Origin: an uncultured Planctomycetaceae bacterium
Lineage (GTDB): Bacteria > Planctomycetota > Planctomycetia > Isosphaerales > Isosphaeraceae
Assembly: GCA_963833985.1 (NCBI GenBank)
Contig: CAWIAD010000001.1
Location: 192,001 to 256,000 of the forward strand
Reading direction: 5' to 3'
DNA length: 64,000 nt
Shown here in pieces: positions 31,184 to 40,563 of the stretch. How positions within the stretch are numbered: the first letter of the stretch is position 1; each line of letters begins with the position of its first letter. Under the pieces are notes generated by a model. It was not told where the DNA came from, did not search any database, and saw only the letters and a list, made by a program, of their open reading frames with translations. The position numbers and the translations under genes are program-made.

Positions 31184-33781
31184 ATGAAGTCCCTCCTCGC
31201 CTCGGCTCGTGTCTCCACCGAGCCGGACCAGGTAGGCCGCGACGTAGACCTGCTGGAGGAGGAATGGCAGAGACACGGCGAGGTGTCCCTGGATCGGTTC
31301 TGGCATATTTGCAAAACCAGGGTAAAGAAGGGCGTGTCTGACCGTCTTGGGCACCTGGCCGCGTTGATCAAGGCCGATCTCCGGTGTCGATTCGAGCGTG
31401 GGCAGAAGGTCGAGGTCGCCGGCTACCTCGACCAATTCCCCGAGCTTCGCCAGGATCAGAGCCGGGTCATCAGCCTGATCTACGAGGAATTTTGCCTGCG
31501 CGAGGAGCAAGGCGAGGCACCGGATGTCGATCGGTTCTGCGCGCGCTACCCGGACTGGCAAGATTCGCTGCTCTCCCAGTTGCAATACCACCGGCTCCTG
31601 AGCCGTGCCGCCGGCCTGACCGCGCCGCAGGTCCGGTTTCCCACACCCGGAGATCAATTCGAGGAATTCCAGCTTGTCTCCATGATCGGCAAGGGCGGAT
31701 CGTCGCGGGTCTTTCTGGCCAGGGACCTCTCGCTGGGTGGTAAGCGAGTGGTTCTGAAAGTGTCGCTCGACCGGGGCCAGGAGCCGAAAACCCAGGGTGC
31801 GCTGGACCATCCGCACATCGTGCCGGTGCATGGGGTGGCGTACCAGCCAGCTCAAGGCCTGAGGGGCCTGTCGATGCCCCACCGTCCCGGGTTGCCGCTG
31901 GATGAGATCATCAGGCAGGTGAATCCGGCCCGGCGGCCCAGGGCCGCGAGGGATCTCTGGGACGCCCTGGTCCGCGGAACCGCGTGCGACGAGACTGGCG
32001 ATCCGCCCGACCCTGAGCGGACCTCGCGGGACGCACCCGGGGGCGATCACTGGGGCGGTTTTCCGGTGCGTGGAACCTATGCCCAGGGCGTTGCGTGGGT
32101 CGCGCTGATCCTGGCCCGGAGCCTGCGCTATGCGCACGCCATGAAGACGTTCCACCGCGACGTCAAGCCCGGCAACGTCCTGCTGACGCTCGATCACGGG
32201 CCGCAGCTGCTCGACTTCAACCTGGCGGAGTCTCCACACTCGGCCGGGCGGGCCGAATCGGCCATGCTCGGTGGAACGCTTCCTTACATGGCTCCGGAGC
32301 AGATCGAAGCATTTCTCAATCCCGACCTCTGGAACAAGGTCGGCGCCCAGGCCGACATCTACTCGCTCGGACTTGTGATCCGGGAGCTGCTCACTGGCCA
32401 GGCACCCGACCTGCCGGACGAGAAACTTCCAGCTCCCCGAGCCATGAGCGATCTGCTGGAACGGCGAACCCGCCTGGTGACCGATGTCGGCCAGTTCAAT
32501 CCCTCCGTTCCCCATGCACTCCGTGCCATCGTCGAGCGCGCGCTCTGCTTCAACTGCCAGGATCGGTACCCCGACGCACAGTCTCTTGCCGAGGACCTGG
32601 ACGCCTTCCTGGCTCGACGTCCCCTGCGGCTGGCTGTCAACCCGTCGCGGCGCGAGCGCCTGGTGAACGGGATCAGGCGGAATCGCGTCCGGATCGTCGC
32701 CTCCAGTGGTTACCTGGTACTGGCCGGTGTCATCGGCGTGCTCTGGCTCGGTCCCATGCTCAAGCCTGACCCGGCGTCCCTGCCCGCGTTTCGACAGGCA
32801 GTGTGGGAGATCGACCAGGGCCGCCCGGAGCGCGCCATCGATCCGCTTCGCACCCTGGTCAAGGACTACCCCGATCATCCGCTGCCGCGGTTCGAGCTGG
32901 CGATTGCCCAGGGCAAGTCGCGCCGTGTGCACCGGGATGATGCCCAGATTTCCATGGACGAGGCACTCAGCCTGCCGGACGCCGAGCGGAGTCTTCTGGT
33001 GTGGGGGCGCACCAATCCTTCCCTGGCAAGACAGCTTCAGGACTTCGTCGCCTCCCGGATGGAACTCCTCGTGCGTCTCAAGACCCTGACGCAGCCGGCG
33101 ACCGAGGGTTCCGGAGCCAGCCACCCGCGGCAGGACGCGGCACCGGTCCTCCGCCAGTACTATGAGACCATGCACCGGGCGCTGGAGCTTGCCCTGAACA
33201 TCGACCCAACCCTGAACACGATCCGCGTTCAGGCGGCTATCGTGGACGAATTCTTCGGCAAGTTCGAGTCGGCATACGCCCGGCTGACCAGGCTCATCGA
33301 TGAGAAGAAAGCCCAGGGTGACCAGATTGGCCGTAACGATCGCGATCAGCAGATCGACTGGATCGTCCGCCGTAGCCGGATTGCGGTACTCTGGGCAGCG
33401 GAACTGCACCACGAACCAGGTGCCGCGAACGCCGCCAGGGCGGAAAAACTGCTCCAGCAAGCGGCAGCCGCACTGGCCTCGTGCGAACGGGACATCCCCA
33501 GCCTGACGCTCCGTCCCGACAAGAAGCGGGACCTGAACGAGAGGATCTATCGCTACTTCTGGATTTGCACCGAAACCTGGCTGGCGATCGGCGAGGCGGA
33601 AAGACCGGGCAACGACCCCACCCAGCGCCGGCAAGCGTTTCACAACTCCAAGCGATACCTCGACTCCCTGATGGCCTTCGGAGTCCAGAACTCGCTGGGG
33701 GAAGGTCTCTCCGACGAGATCGAGGCGCTGAAGCAGAGGACCCGCGCAGGCATCCAGGCCGGCTCGAAGTTTCTCGACTAG
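31184..33781 (+). CDS. Membrane Ser/Thr protein kinase with helical/TPR-like C-terminal domain
   Basis: IGKGGSSRVFLA, VVLK, HRDVKPGN, LLDFNLA, GGTLPYMAPEQ, ADIYSLG; TM segment GYLVLAGVIGVLWL. Confidence 0.9.
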   Translation: MKSLLASARVSTEPDQVGRDVDLLEEEWQRHGEVSLDRFWHICKTRVKKGVSDRLGHLAALIKADLRCRFERGQKVEVAGYLDQFPELRQDQSRVISLIYEEFCLREEQGEAPDVDRFCARYPDWQDSLLSQLQYHRLLSRAAGLTAPQVRFPTPGDQFEEFQLVSMIGKGGSSRVFLARDLSLGGKRVVLKVSLDRGQEPKTQGALDHPHIVPVHGVAYQPAQGLRGLSMPHRPGLPLDEIIRQVNPARRPRAARDLWDALVRGTACDETGDPPDPERTSRDAPGGDHWGGFPVRGTYAQGVAWVALILARSLRYAHAMKTFHRDVKPGNVLLTLDHGPQLLDFNLAESPHSAGRAESAMLGGTLPYMAPEQIEAFLNPDLWNKVGAQADIYSLGLVIRELLTGQAPDLPDEKLPAPRAMSDLLERRTRLVTDVGQFNPSVPHALRAIVERALCFNCQDRYPDAQSLAEDLDAFLARRPLRLAVNPSRRERLVNGIRRNRVRIVASSGYLVLAGVIGVLWLGPMLKPDPASLPAFRQAVWEIDQGRPERAIDPLRTLVKDYPDHPLPRFELAIAQGKSRRVHRDDAQISMDEALSLPDAERSLLVWGRTNPSLARQLQDFVASRMELLVRLKTLTQPATEGSGASHPRQDAAPVLRQYYETMHRALELALNIDPTLNTIRVQAAIVDEFFGKFESAYARLTRLIDEKKAQGDQIGRNDRDQQIDWIVRRSRIAVLWAAELHHEPGAANAARAEKLLQQAAAALASCERDIPSLTLRPDKKRDLNERIYRYFWICTETWLAIGEAERPGNDPTQRRQAFHNSKRYLDSLMAFGVQNSLGEGLSDEIEALKQRTRAGIQAGSKFLD

Positions 33782-33944
33782 CATACCGGCCTGGTGCTAC
33801 GTCCAGCCGTTGCGTGCCGCTGCCTCCACGAGCACACCGCTGGCGGTGTTCTAGACTTGCCAGGATGACCGGGCCGCGCGTGAGGCTGGCCCTCCCAATC
33901 ACCGCCAAGAGGCCCAACGGACTGGCGAAGCTGGAGAGCTGGCA

Positions 33945-34301
33945 ATGGCAGATCTGATCACACAAGTCTGGACGGCATTGCGCGACGCGGGTATGCCGGA
34001 AGTGATGCTCTATCTCCCTGACGGATCGGCGTGCCGCTGCCACTGGAACGACACGTCCCTCATCGGACCGGTTCGGGTTGCCCTGCTGGCCGACCAGGAC
34101 CGCAAGATCGTCCGCATCATGCCGGTCGAGGACTGCAAGGGAATTGGCATCGCCAGCCCGAAAGGGACCGACCCGATGGGTTACCGGCCCGTCGTCCTGG
34201 AGAAACTCAACGATTGCTTCGGCCCCAAGGAAGGCGCGGCGGTCGGATCGGCACCCTCGCGTCCGCTTTCGGCGGCGGACGCGGTCTCGGATCGAGGGTG
34301 A
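33945..34301 (+). CDS. Hypothetical protein
   Basis: GGAG RBS, 118 aa, GC3-biased codons; 3' end overlaps xerD. Confidence 0.6.
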   Translation: MADLITQVWTALRDAGMPEVMLYLPDGSACRCHWNDTSLIGPVRVALLADQDRKIVRIMPVEDCKGIGIASPKGTDPMGYRPVVLEKLNDCFGPKEGAAVGSAPSRPLSAADAVSDRG

Positions 34302-35203
34302 AAGCGCGCGTGAACCTCGCGCAGGCGACTCAATTCGACGCGGGTGTAAATCTGGGTCGTTGCGATGGAAGCGTGACCGAGCAACTCTTGCACTGCGCGG
34401 AGATCGGCTCCCCCCGCCAGAAGATGCGTGGCGAAGCTGTGGCGGAGCGTGTGCGGGCTGACATTCGCCTTCAAGCCCGCGCGGCGTGCATGCTGCTTGA
34501 CCACTCTCCACAAGCCGATCCGCGAGAGTGGTTTGCCAGACCTCGAGACCAGCAGCGCTTCGGTTTCGGGATGGCGTGCGGTGAGCGACGGTCGATCATG
34601 GAGATATGCCTGGATGGCCGCGATGGCTCGTACTCCCAGTGGCACCCACCGTTCCTTGTTTCCCTTGCCCACACAGCGCGCCAGGCCCGTACCCAGGTCC
34701 AGATTCTCGAAGCGTAGATTGACCACTTCTGATGCTCGGCAGCCCGTCGCGTAGAGGATTTCCAGGGCCGCGCAATCGCGCCGGCCCAGCCGCGTCTCCG
34801 CGCTGGGAGTGCTCAGCAGCCGGTCCACCGCGGCGGGCCCCAGGACGGTGGGGAGCTTATCCCAGACGGCTGGCGCGACCACCAGCTTGGCAATGTTCTC
34901 CGCGAGCTTCCCCTCGAAGACGAGGAACTTGAAGAATGTCGAGAGACTTGCCAGATGCCGGCAAACGCTGCTGGGCACCAGCCCCGACCGTAGCAGTTCG
35001 CTGGTGTAGGCCTCCAGATGGCCCAGGGTCAAGCCCTCGAGGGAGCCTGGCGCAAATTGCTTGCGCCATCGCAGGAACCGCATCAGGTCGGACCGGTAAG
35101 CCGCCAGAGTGTGCGGCGAAACGCCACACTCGGCCATCAAATAATAGAGAAAGGGACCAGCCAGGGCTCGATCGGGGTCAGGTCTGTAGGGGTGCTTGGC
35201 CAT
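34181..35203 (-). CDS. xerD: Site-specific tyrosine recombinase XerD
   Basis: SPHTLAAYRSDL; LYATGCRASE; GKGNKER; SPHTLRHSFATHLLAGGADLRAVQELLGHASIATTQIYT. Confidence 0.9.
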   Translation of the reverse strand: MAKHPYRPDPDRALAGPFLYYLMAECGVSPHTLAAYRSDLMRFLRWRKQFAPGSLEGLTLGHLEAYTSELLRSGLVPSSVCRHLASLSTFFKFLVFEGKLAENIAKLVVAPAVWDKLPTVLGPAAVDRLLSTPSAETRLGRRDCAALEILYATGCRASEVVNLRFENLDLGTGLARCVGKGNKERWVPLGVRAIAAIQAYLHDRPSLTARHPETEALLVSRSGKPLSRIGLWRVVKQHARRAGLKANVSPHTLRHSFATHLLAGGADLRAVQELLGHASIATTQIYTRVELSRLREVHARFHPRSETASAAESGREGADPTAAPSLGPKQSLSFSRTTGR

Positions 35204-35330
35204 GTCCGCTCGGGCGTCCGGTGATCTGGAGGGGCAGGTGATCCGCCTCGGAAGATCATCGGCCGCCAGTCGACCGCAACTTCACGGGGCCTCCAGAGGA
35301 AGCCGGCTTCGAGAGGTGCCGCGTGCCGTC

Positions 35331-36311
35331 TCAGAGGTTCAATGTCAGCCGGTTTCCCAGGTTCTCCTGCTCGGCCATCGATCGCAGCTTGCTGAGAGCT
35401 CGATCCTGAATCTGCCGTACGCGCTCCTTGGATACGTGTAACACCTTGCCAACCTCGCTGAGTGACAGACGCTCTCGCCCACCCAGGCCAAACCGGAGGG
35501 ACAGGACCTGCTGTTCCCGCGGCCGTAACGTGGCGATCAACTTCTGGACGGCCTCATCCGCATCCACCTCGTCGGTCCGGTCGGCATCCGGATCGCTCAT
35601 GGTGTGCAACAACGTGAAGCGGGACTCCTGGTCGATTGCCGCGTCGAGCGAAATCGTGGGCCGGGTCGCCGAGTGGATGCGGTGAATCATCTCGCTGGCC
35701 ATGGGATCACAAGTGCCTGATCGCGGTTGATCGCCGAGTACCGCCTCCTGTCTTTCCAGTTCCTCCTGAGTCTGGGCCAGTTGCCGCAGGTGGCGGGGCG
35801 TCAGTCGGACCGGGTATGCACCCGAAGCGACAGCACGTTGCATGGATTGACGAATCCACCATGTCGCATAGGTCGCCAGCTTGGTCTCATGAGTGAGGTC
35901 AAAGCGATCAATGGCTTCGAGCAGCCCGCAGAAGCCCTCCTGCAACAGGTCGGCGTAGGAGATACCCCGGTCCCGGAAACGCTTGGCGACGTGGGCGACA
36001 AGGCGGAGGTTCGCAAGTGCCAGCTTTGACCTCAGCTCGGAATACTTGCGATGAATGGCGCCCAGTCGTGCACCAGTCGCCCCGTCGCTGGCGTACGCCT
36101 GGGCGATGTACTGAGCGAGGGCCTGAGGGTCATCCTCGGCATTCGAGACATCCACGCCCTTGATGCTTGCGAGAGATTGGGCCAGCTTGGCCTTGCACGC
36201 GGCCAGTTCCCGCAGCAGCATGCGCTCGTCTTGAGCATTCAGAACCTTGATTGAAGAGGCTTCCGGGCTGGCAAACCCATCTCTTTCCGCAGACTCCGGC
36301 CGGCTACGCAT
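35331..36311 (-). CDS. Sigma-70 family (RpoD/RpoS-like) alternative sigma factor
   Basis: ANLRLVAHVAKRF; DLLQEGFCGLLEAIDRFD; TYATWWIRQ; LSEVGKVLHVSKERVRQIQ. Confidence 0.92.
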   Translation of the reverse strand: MRSRPESAERDGFASPEASSIKVLNAQDERMLLRELAACKAKLAQSLASIKGVDVSNAEDDPQALAQYIAQAYASDGATGARLGAIHRKYSELRSKLALANLRLVAHVAKRFRDRGISYADLLQEGFCGLLEAIDRFDLTHETKLATYATWWIRQSMQRAVASGAYPVRLTPRHLRQLAQTQEELERQEAVLGDQPRSGTCDPMASEMIHRIHSATRPTISLDAAIDQESRFTLLHTMSDPDADRTDEVDADEAVQKLIATLRPREQQVLSLRFGLGGRERLSLSEVGKVLHVSKERVRQIQDRALSKLRSMAEQENLGNRLTLNL

Positions 36312-36357
36312 ACTGCTTCCTTTCTTCGAAACCGTGCACGTTGCAAAGGTGTCATGA

Positions 36358-37305
36358 TCACGAGTTTTGTGGAGGCCCCAGAAATGGAAGGATGACCTTG
36401 CGAGACGAGCTGGACACCTGCCCGCCCGCATGTGCGGAAGATCCCAGGAGCCGGGCAAACTCGGCAAGGTGGGCCATGCGATCGCCGAAGGCCGAGTAAA
36501 TCAGCCTGGCTCGAAGGTCCGCATCCAGGGCCTGCCCGCCCACGATCACGGCGCAGTCCATCTGCACCGCGGTCGCATAGAAGGAAAGGTAGTCGCGGAC
36601 GAATTGCTCCCGATCCCTCAGATGATTCACCGAGAGAAACACCAGTCTGGGCCGGTACTGCTCGGTGGCGTTTCCCAGGGAACGGAGCGGTAGATTCACA
36701 CCAAGATTGCGCACGTCCCAGCCAAGCTCTCGAAGAGCCAGTTCGCCCAGGAGGCAGGCAAGCAGATAGGGGTCCCCCTCGGTCGTGGCCGTGACCGCCA
36801 GCGGTCCGGTCGGATTCCCTTCTCGACCAACCCGGCCGATCACCTCGATCAGGGCCGTGGCGACCGCGTTTGATGCCTGATGCTCCTGGTAGATGTCGAG
36901 CGCCCCGACCATCCACCCATGGCCAATCCGCGCCATGGCGGGACGGATCAGTTGATCCGCCAGCGCAACCGCTCCGCATCCGGAAAGATAGGCTGATTGG
37001 ATCAGGGCCTTGGCCTGTTCGACGTGCCCGTCCGCGAACATCCGGCAGAGCCGATCACACAATTGCTCGTCGAGGTCCGTCACCGCTCCTGCGGCAATGC
37101 CCCGGATCTTGCGCACCCTGGTCCCGTCCAGACCCAGTTCCGATGCCATCCGAGCCGCCTCGGAGCGAGGGATCAAACGGTGCTTTCCCACGGTTCGCAC
37201 CGCACGGATCGTTCCCGAGTCAACCCAGCGCTTGATCGTGCTCACGCTCAGTCCGAGCGCCTCCGCAACCGTTTGAGTTTTCAGGTAGTCATCGGGGATG
37301 GTCAT
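36358..37305 (-). CDS. Excisionase/MerR-type HTH plus B12-binding-domain regulator (CarH/LitR-like)
   Basis: VAEALGLSVSTIKRWVDSG...TVGKHRLI; W-x9-EH; Rossmann domain GWDVRNLG, LVFLS, VIVGG. Confidence 0.82.
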   Translation of the reverse strand: MTIPDDYLKTQTVAEALGLSVSTIKRWVDSGTIRAVRTVGKHRLIPRSEAARMASELGLDGTRVRKIRGIAAGAVTDLDEQLCDRLCRMFADGHVEQAKALIQSAYLSGCGAVALADQLIRPAMARIGHGWMVGALDIYQEHQASNAVATALIEVIGRVGREGNPTGPLAVTATTEGDPYLLACLLGELALRELGWDVRNLGVNLPLRSLGNATEQYRPRLVFLSVNHLRDREQFVRDYLSFYATAVQMDCAVIVGGQALDADLRARLIYSAFGDRMAHLAEFARLLGSSAHAGGQVSSSSRKVILPFLGPPQNS

Positions 37306-37735
37306 GAACGAAATCCTGATCGCATCGGACGGTTTGAACGGATTTATTCTAACCGGCTCACGCTGCGATGGGAATGGGTGCCTAATGTTTTTGTCGAAAA
37401 ACATCGACCCTCGCGCATGCCGAATGCCAGTGCGGCGGTCGCTGGCGAACCGAGGTTGCCGTGGAAGGGATGGCCGGTGGGTTTCTCGATGCGTGCGGAT
37501 GCATCGGGCGGTGGAGCGGCACGCGGGCTTGCGCGCTGGCGCGCCGAGCCCACGAAGCGCGCTTGGCGGATCATGAGGTCTATGCTAGCTTTGAAGCCTG
37601 TGTGAGGGTCGCGAAGATGCCGGCGTGACGCGACGCAAGGCGCTGAATTCCTGGTGATTGCGCCGATCTCAGCGCGCCCGGTCAAAATCGCTGAGCGGGT
37701 CACGCGTGAATTGCGCTGCGGTGAGGGAGGTATCC

Positions 37736-38323
37736 GTGGAAGTGGAGCGGGATTGGGGGATCCCGGAACGGGATCAATTGTGCCGCTTGCTGCAACGTGA
37801 CGCGTTGCGGCTGGGGCCGTTCACGCTGGCCAGCGGCCGGTCATCCCACTATTACATTGACGGCCGCAAGATCACGCTGCTTGCCGAGGGAGCGCAGTTG
37901 ATCGGCATGGGGATCCTCCAGCAACTGGCGGAGTTTCCGGAAGTCTCCGCGGTGGGCGGCCTGACACTTGGGGCTGACCCCATTGTCGGTGCGACGCTGG
38001 CCATGGCCGCGCTTCACGGGCGGCCAGGGCTGCGTGGGTTCCTCGTCCGCAAGCAAGCCAAGACGCATGGCACCGGTAATCTTGTCGAGGGACCCATCGA
38101 GCCTGGTTCAATGGTGGCGATCGTGGACGACGTGGCAACCACCGGCGGTTCGTCGATGCAGGCCGTGGACGCCGTTGAGTCGCTGGGTTGCAAGGTTGCG
38201 GTGGTGGCCGTGGTGCTTGACCGGCTGGAGGGAGCCGCGGAGGCATTCGCGGCCCGGGGCCTGAACTTCCGCTCCCTTTTGAGCATCCGCGACCTGGGCG
38301 TGGAGCCGTTGACCGGGCAATGA
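37736..38323 (+). CDS. pyrE: Orotate phosphoribosyltransferase
   Basis: FTLASGRSSHYYID; GGLTLGADP; VRKQAKTHG; IVDDVATTGGS; GGGAGG RBS before GTG. Confidence 0.93.
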   Translation: MEVERDWGIPERDQLCRLLQRDALRLGPFTLASGRSSHYYIDGRKITLLAEGAQLIGMGILQQLAEFPEVSAVGGLTLGADPIVGATLAMAALHGRPGLRGFLVRKQAKTHGTGNLVEGPIEPGSMVAIVDDVATTGGSSMQAVDAVESLGCKVAVVAVVLDRLEGAAEAFAARGLNFRSLLSIRDLGVEPLTGQ

Positions 38324-38382
38324 CTGTCGACCGGCCCCCCGGAACAAGGACCCCGCCGCGCGGGTTTCGAGGATGAACCACG

Positions 38383-39057
38383 ATGGAGTCGAGCCTGCAT
38401 CGCGCCCTGAAGGAACGGTACGGACTCGAATCGGGGGGGCGTTCCGAAGTGACACTCGGAGGCTTCCGGATCGACGCCATGGACGGAGCTGGGCTGCTGG
38501 TTGAGATCCAGTCCGGGCCGCTCTCGCCGCTGCGCGGTAAACTGGCTCGATTGCTACCCGACTACCGCGTCCGCGTGGTGAAGCCGGTGGTCCTGGAGCG
38601 CACGGTGATCCGCCGCACGTGCGCTCAGGGGCCAGACATCTCGGCTCGGCGCAGTCCCAAACGGGGGGCGCTGATGGACATTTTCGATGACCTGGTGGCA
38701 CTCGCGAAGATCTTGCAGGATGCCAACCTGGCCATCGAAGTGCTGGCGGTGGCCGTCGATGAGATCCGCACTCCATGTCGCCGCCGGCCCGGATACCGGG
38801 TTGTCGACCGCCGCCTGAGCCAGATCCTTCAGAGCCGTCTACTCAGCGAGCCGGACGATCTCTGGCAACTCCTCCCCACCGGTCACGACTGGACCGTGCC
38901 TTTCACATCGGTAGACATCGCCGCACGGACCGCGCGCCCGATTGACTTCGCCCAGCGCGTGGCCTACTGCCTGCGGCAATCCGGGGCGGCACAGGTCGTG
39001 GGCAAGCGTTCCAGCTTCCGTGTCTATCGTCGAGAGGCGGATCCGGCCCGCTCGTGA
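38383..39057 (+). CDS. Conserved hypothetical protein, possible PD-(D/E)XK nuclease fold
   Basis: ESSLHRALK..Y, EV..GGFRIDA...LVEIQ. Confidence 0.65.
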   Translation: MESSLHRALKERYGLESGGRSEVTLGGFRIDAMDGAGLLVEIQSGPLSPLRGKLARLLPDYRVRVVKPVVLERTVIRRTCAQGPDISARRSPKRGALMDIFDDLVALAKILQDANLAIEVLAVAVDEIRTPCRRRPGYRVVDRRLSQILQSRLLSEPDDLWQLLPTGHDWTVPFTSVDIAARTARPIDFAQRVAYCLRQSGAAQVVGKRSSFRVYRREADPARS

Positions 39058-40275
39058 AGCAGCGGCACAGAAAATCAGGCGACCGAGCGTCGCCTGGTAC
39101 CCCAGGAGCGAGCCATCTCGCCGTTCCTGTAGTGCATTTCTTGGGCAGGGTTGTTGCAACTTTGAACAAGGCAAGTTGCCTGGCACTAACCCACGCGGAC
39201 CTTGCTCGCTGAGCCAGTACGCGAGGTGAATGGACTGAGTCGCCATGAGAGAGCTGAGGAGGCGTAGGCGATTCCAGGCCTGGATTGCCTGGCCCAGGAT
39301 CGCTGCGAATCCGCGATCCCGGCTCGAGCGAGGCTCGATGCGATTGCCCGAGTAGCCTAAATCTCACCGCAAGGGTCGCCGAAAACTTCGACGGAGATTC
39401 CAGATACGGTGTTCGGGACGGCTCGTGCCGTGCTCCGGCCCCCGTAGAGCAGCATGAGGTTGCAACGCGCGCGGTCCCAGAGTCGCGATTCGGAGAGATC
39501 GACATGCTCTCGAACCACCGCTCGTGTTGATCCCTCGGTTCGAGAAACCGATGTGGGGTTCATGTCAGTCTACTTCTCGAACAAGGTTCGGTGAAACGGC
39601 AAGGAGATCTGGGGGAGGTTCCCATAGCTAGAGCAAAATCTGGGCCACATTGCCGGATTGCCCACGCTTGTTCCACGCTTCAATCATGTCAAGCACCATT
39701 CATGGCCATGATCTCCTGACATCAAATGCGGACTCCCTGGCTCATCTGAATCGGGCGGTACTGGGGCGGTGGACCCCGTGCTCATGGTCGAGCTCATCAC
39801 GAGGAACCGAAACGCTCGCAGACGCCTCAAAACCAACGCGCACCTGGTGTATTCAGGCCGTCTTGATCCATTTACTGGGAAAGGATAGCCATCCCGAAAG
39901 CCGCGGGCGTCAAAAAAAACCCCGATCAGGCACTGTTCGCCTGAGCAGGGCTGTCTTAGCCAGGGTATTCCCGGCCCGTCGTGAGCCAGAAACCATGTTG
40001 CGAAGGTACATCGTCGTGTCGATCCTGTCAACACGCTTTTCGAGTCCCAAGTTTTTTTAAGATCTGCCCTGGTCTTGCGTTCATGGCAAGGCACGGGGTA
40101 GAGTGCATGCACTATCGGGCCACGCCGCCAGGCTCCGCAATGCGCTCCTCGGTCAGCTCCTGAGAGCATCTGGGATTTACTGACGTGATGCGGACCATGG
40201 GCCGTGAGACACTCCCCCTCGGATTCCAGTACGGCGGAACGCTGATTTCTGGATGGTCTGCCCGTGAAAACCGTC

Positions 40276-40534
40276 ATGCCAGAGAGGTCCCTGTGCGAGC
40301 ACGATCAGGAGATTCAGGCCTATATTGGCTGGACCGAGGAAGATGCAGCGCGGTCCTGCTCCGTCGCCGCTAGGCTGGAGCCGGGTCTTCAGCCGATCGT
40401 CGACGATTCTGTGAGGAGACTCAGCGCCATGCCGAGACGCGTGACCTGCCTGGCGGAGCAGGCATCCGGATCGAGCGGCTCAAGCTCAGCCGGCTCGGCT
40501 GGCTGCGAGAACTTCCTATAATGGTAGGGCAATG
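40276..40534 (+). pseudogene. Truncated, frameshifted protoglobin (globin-coupled sensor) fragment
   Basis: IQAYIGWTEEDAAR...LEPGLQPIVDD, then in a shifted frame EETQRHAETR...IERLKLSRLGWLREL and a stop. Confidence 0.55.
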
Positions 40535-40563
40535 ACCCGCCAGGGGTGCGAGGGTCCCCGATC

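Noticed and set aside
31151..33784. 877-aa minus-strand ORF and similar long antisense ORFs (e.g. 43617-45593, 3896-5422, 8867-10507)
   Set aside because: Shadows of real genes in high-GC DNA, with no recognisable motifs
34181..35203. Tyrosine recombinase as a prophage or island integrase
   Set aside because: Motifs match housekeeping XerD; no att sites, tRNA or phage genes seen
39357..39563. 68-aa minus-strand ORF in the gap before recQ
   Set aside because: No recognisable motif and only a weak RBS
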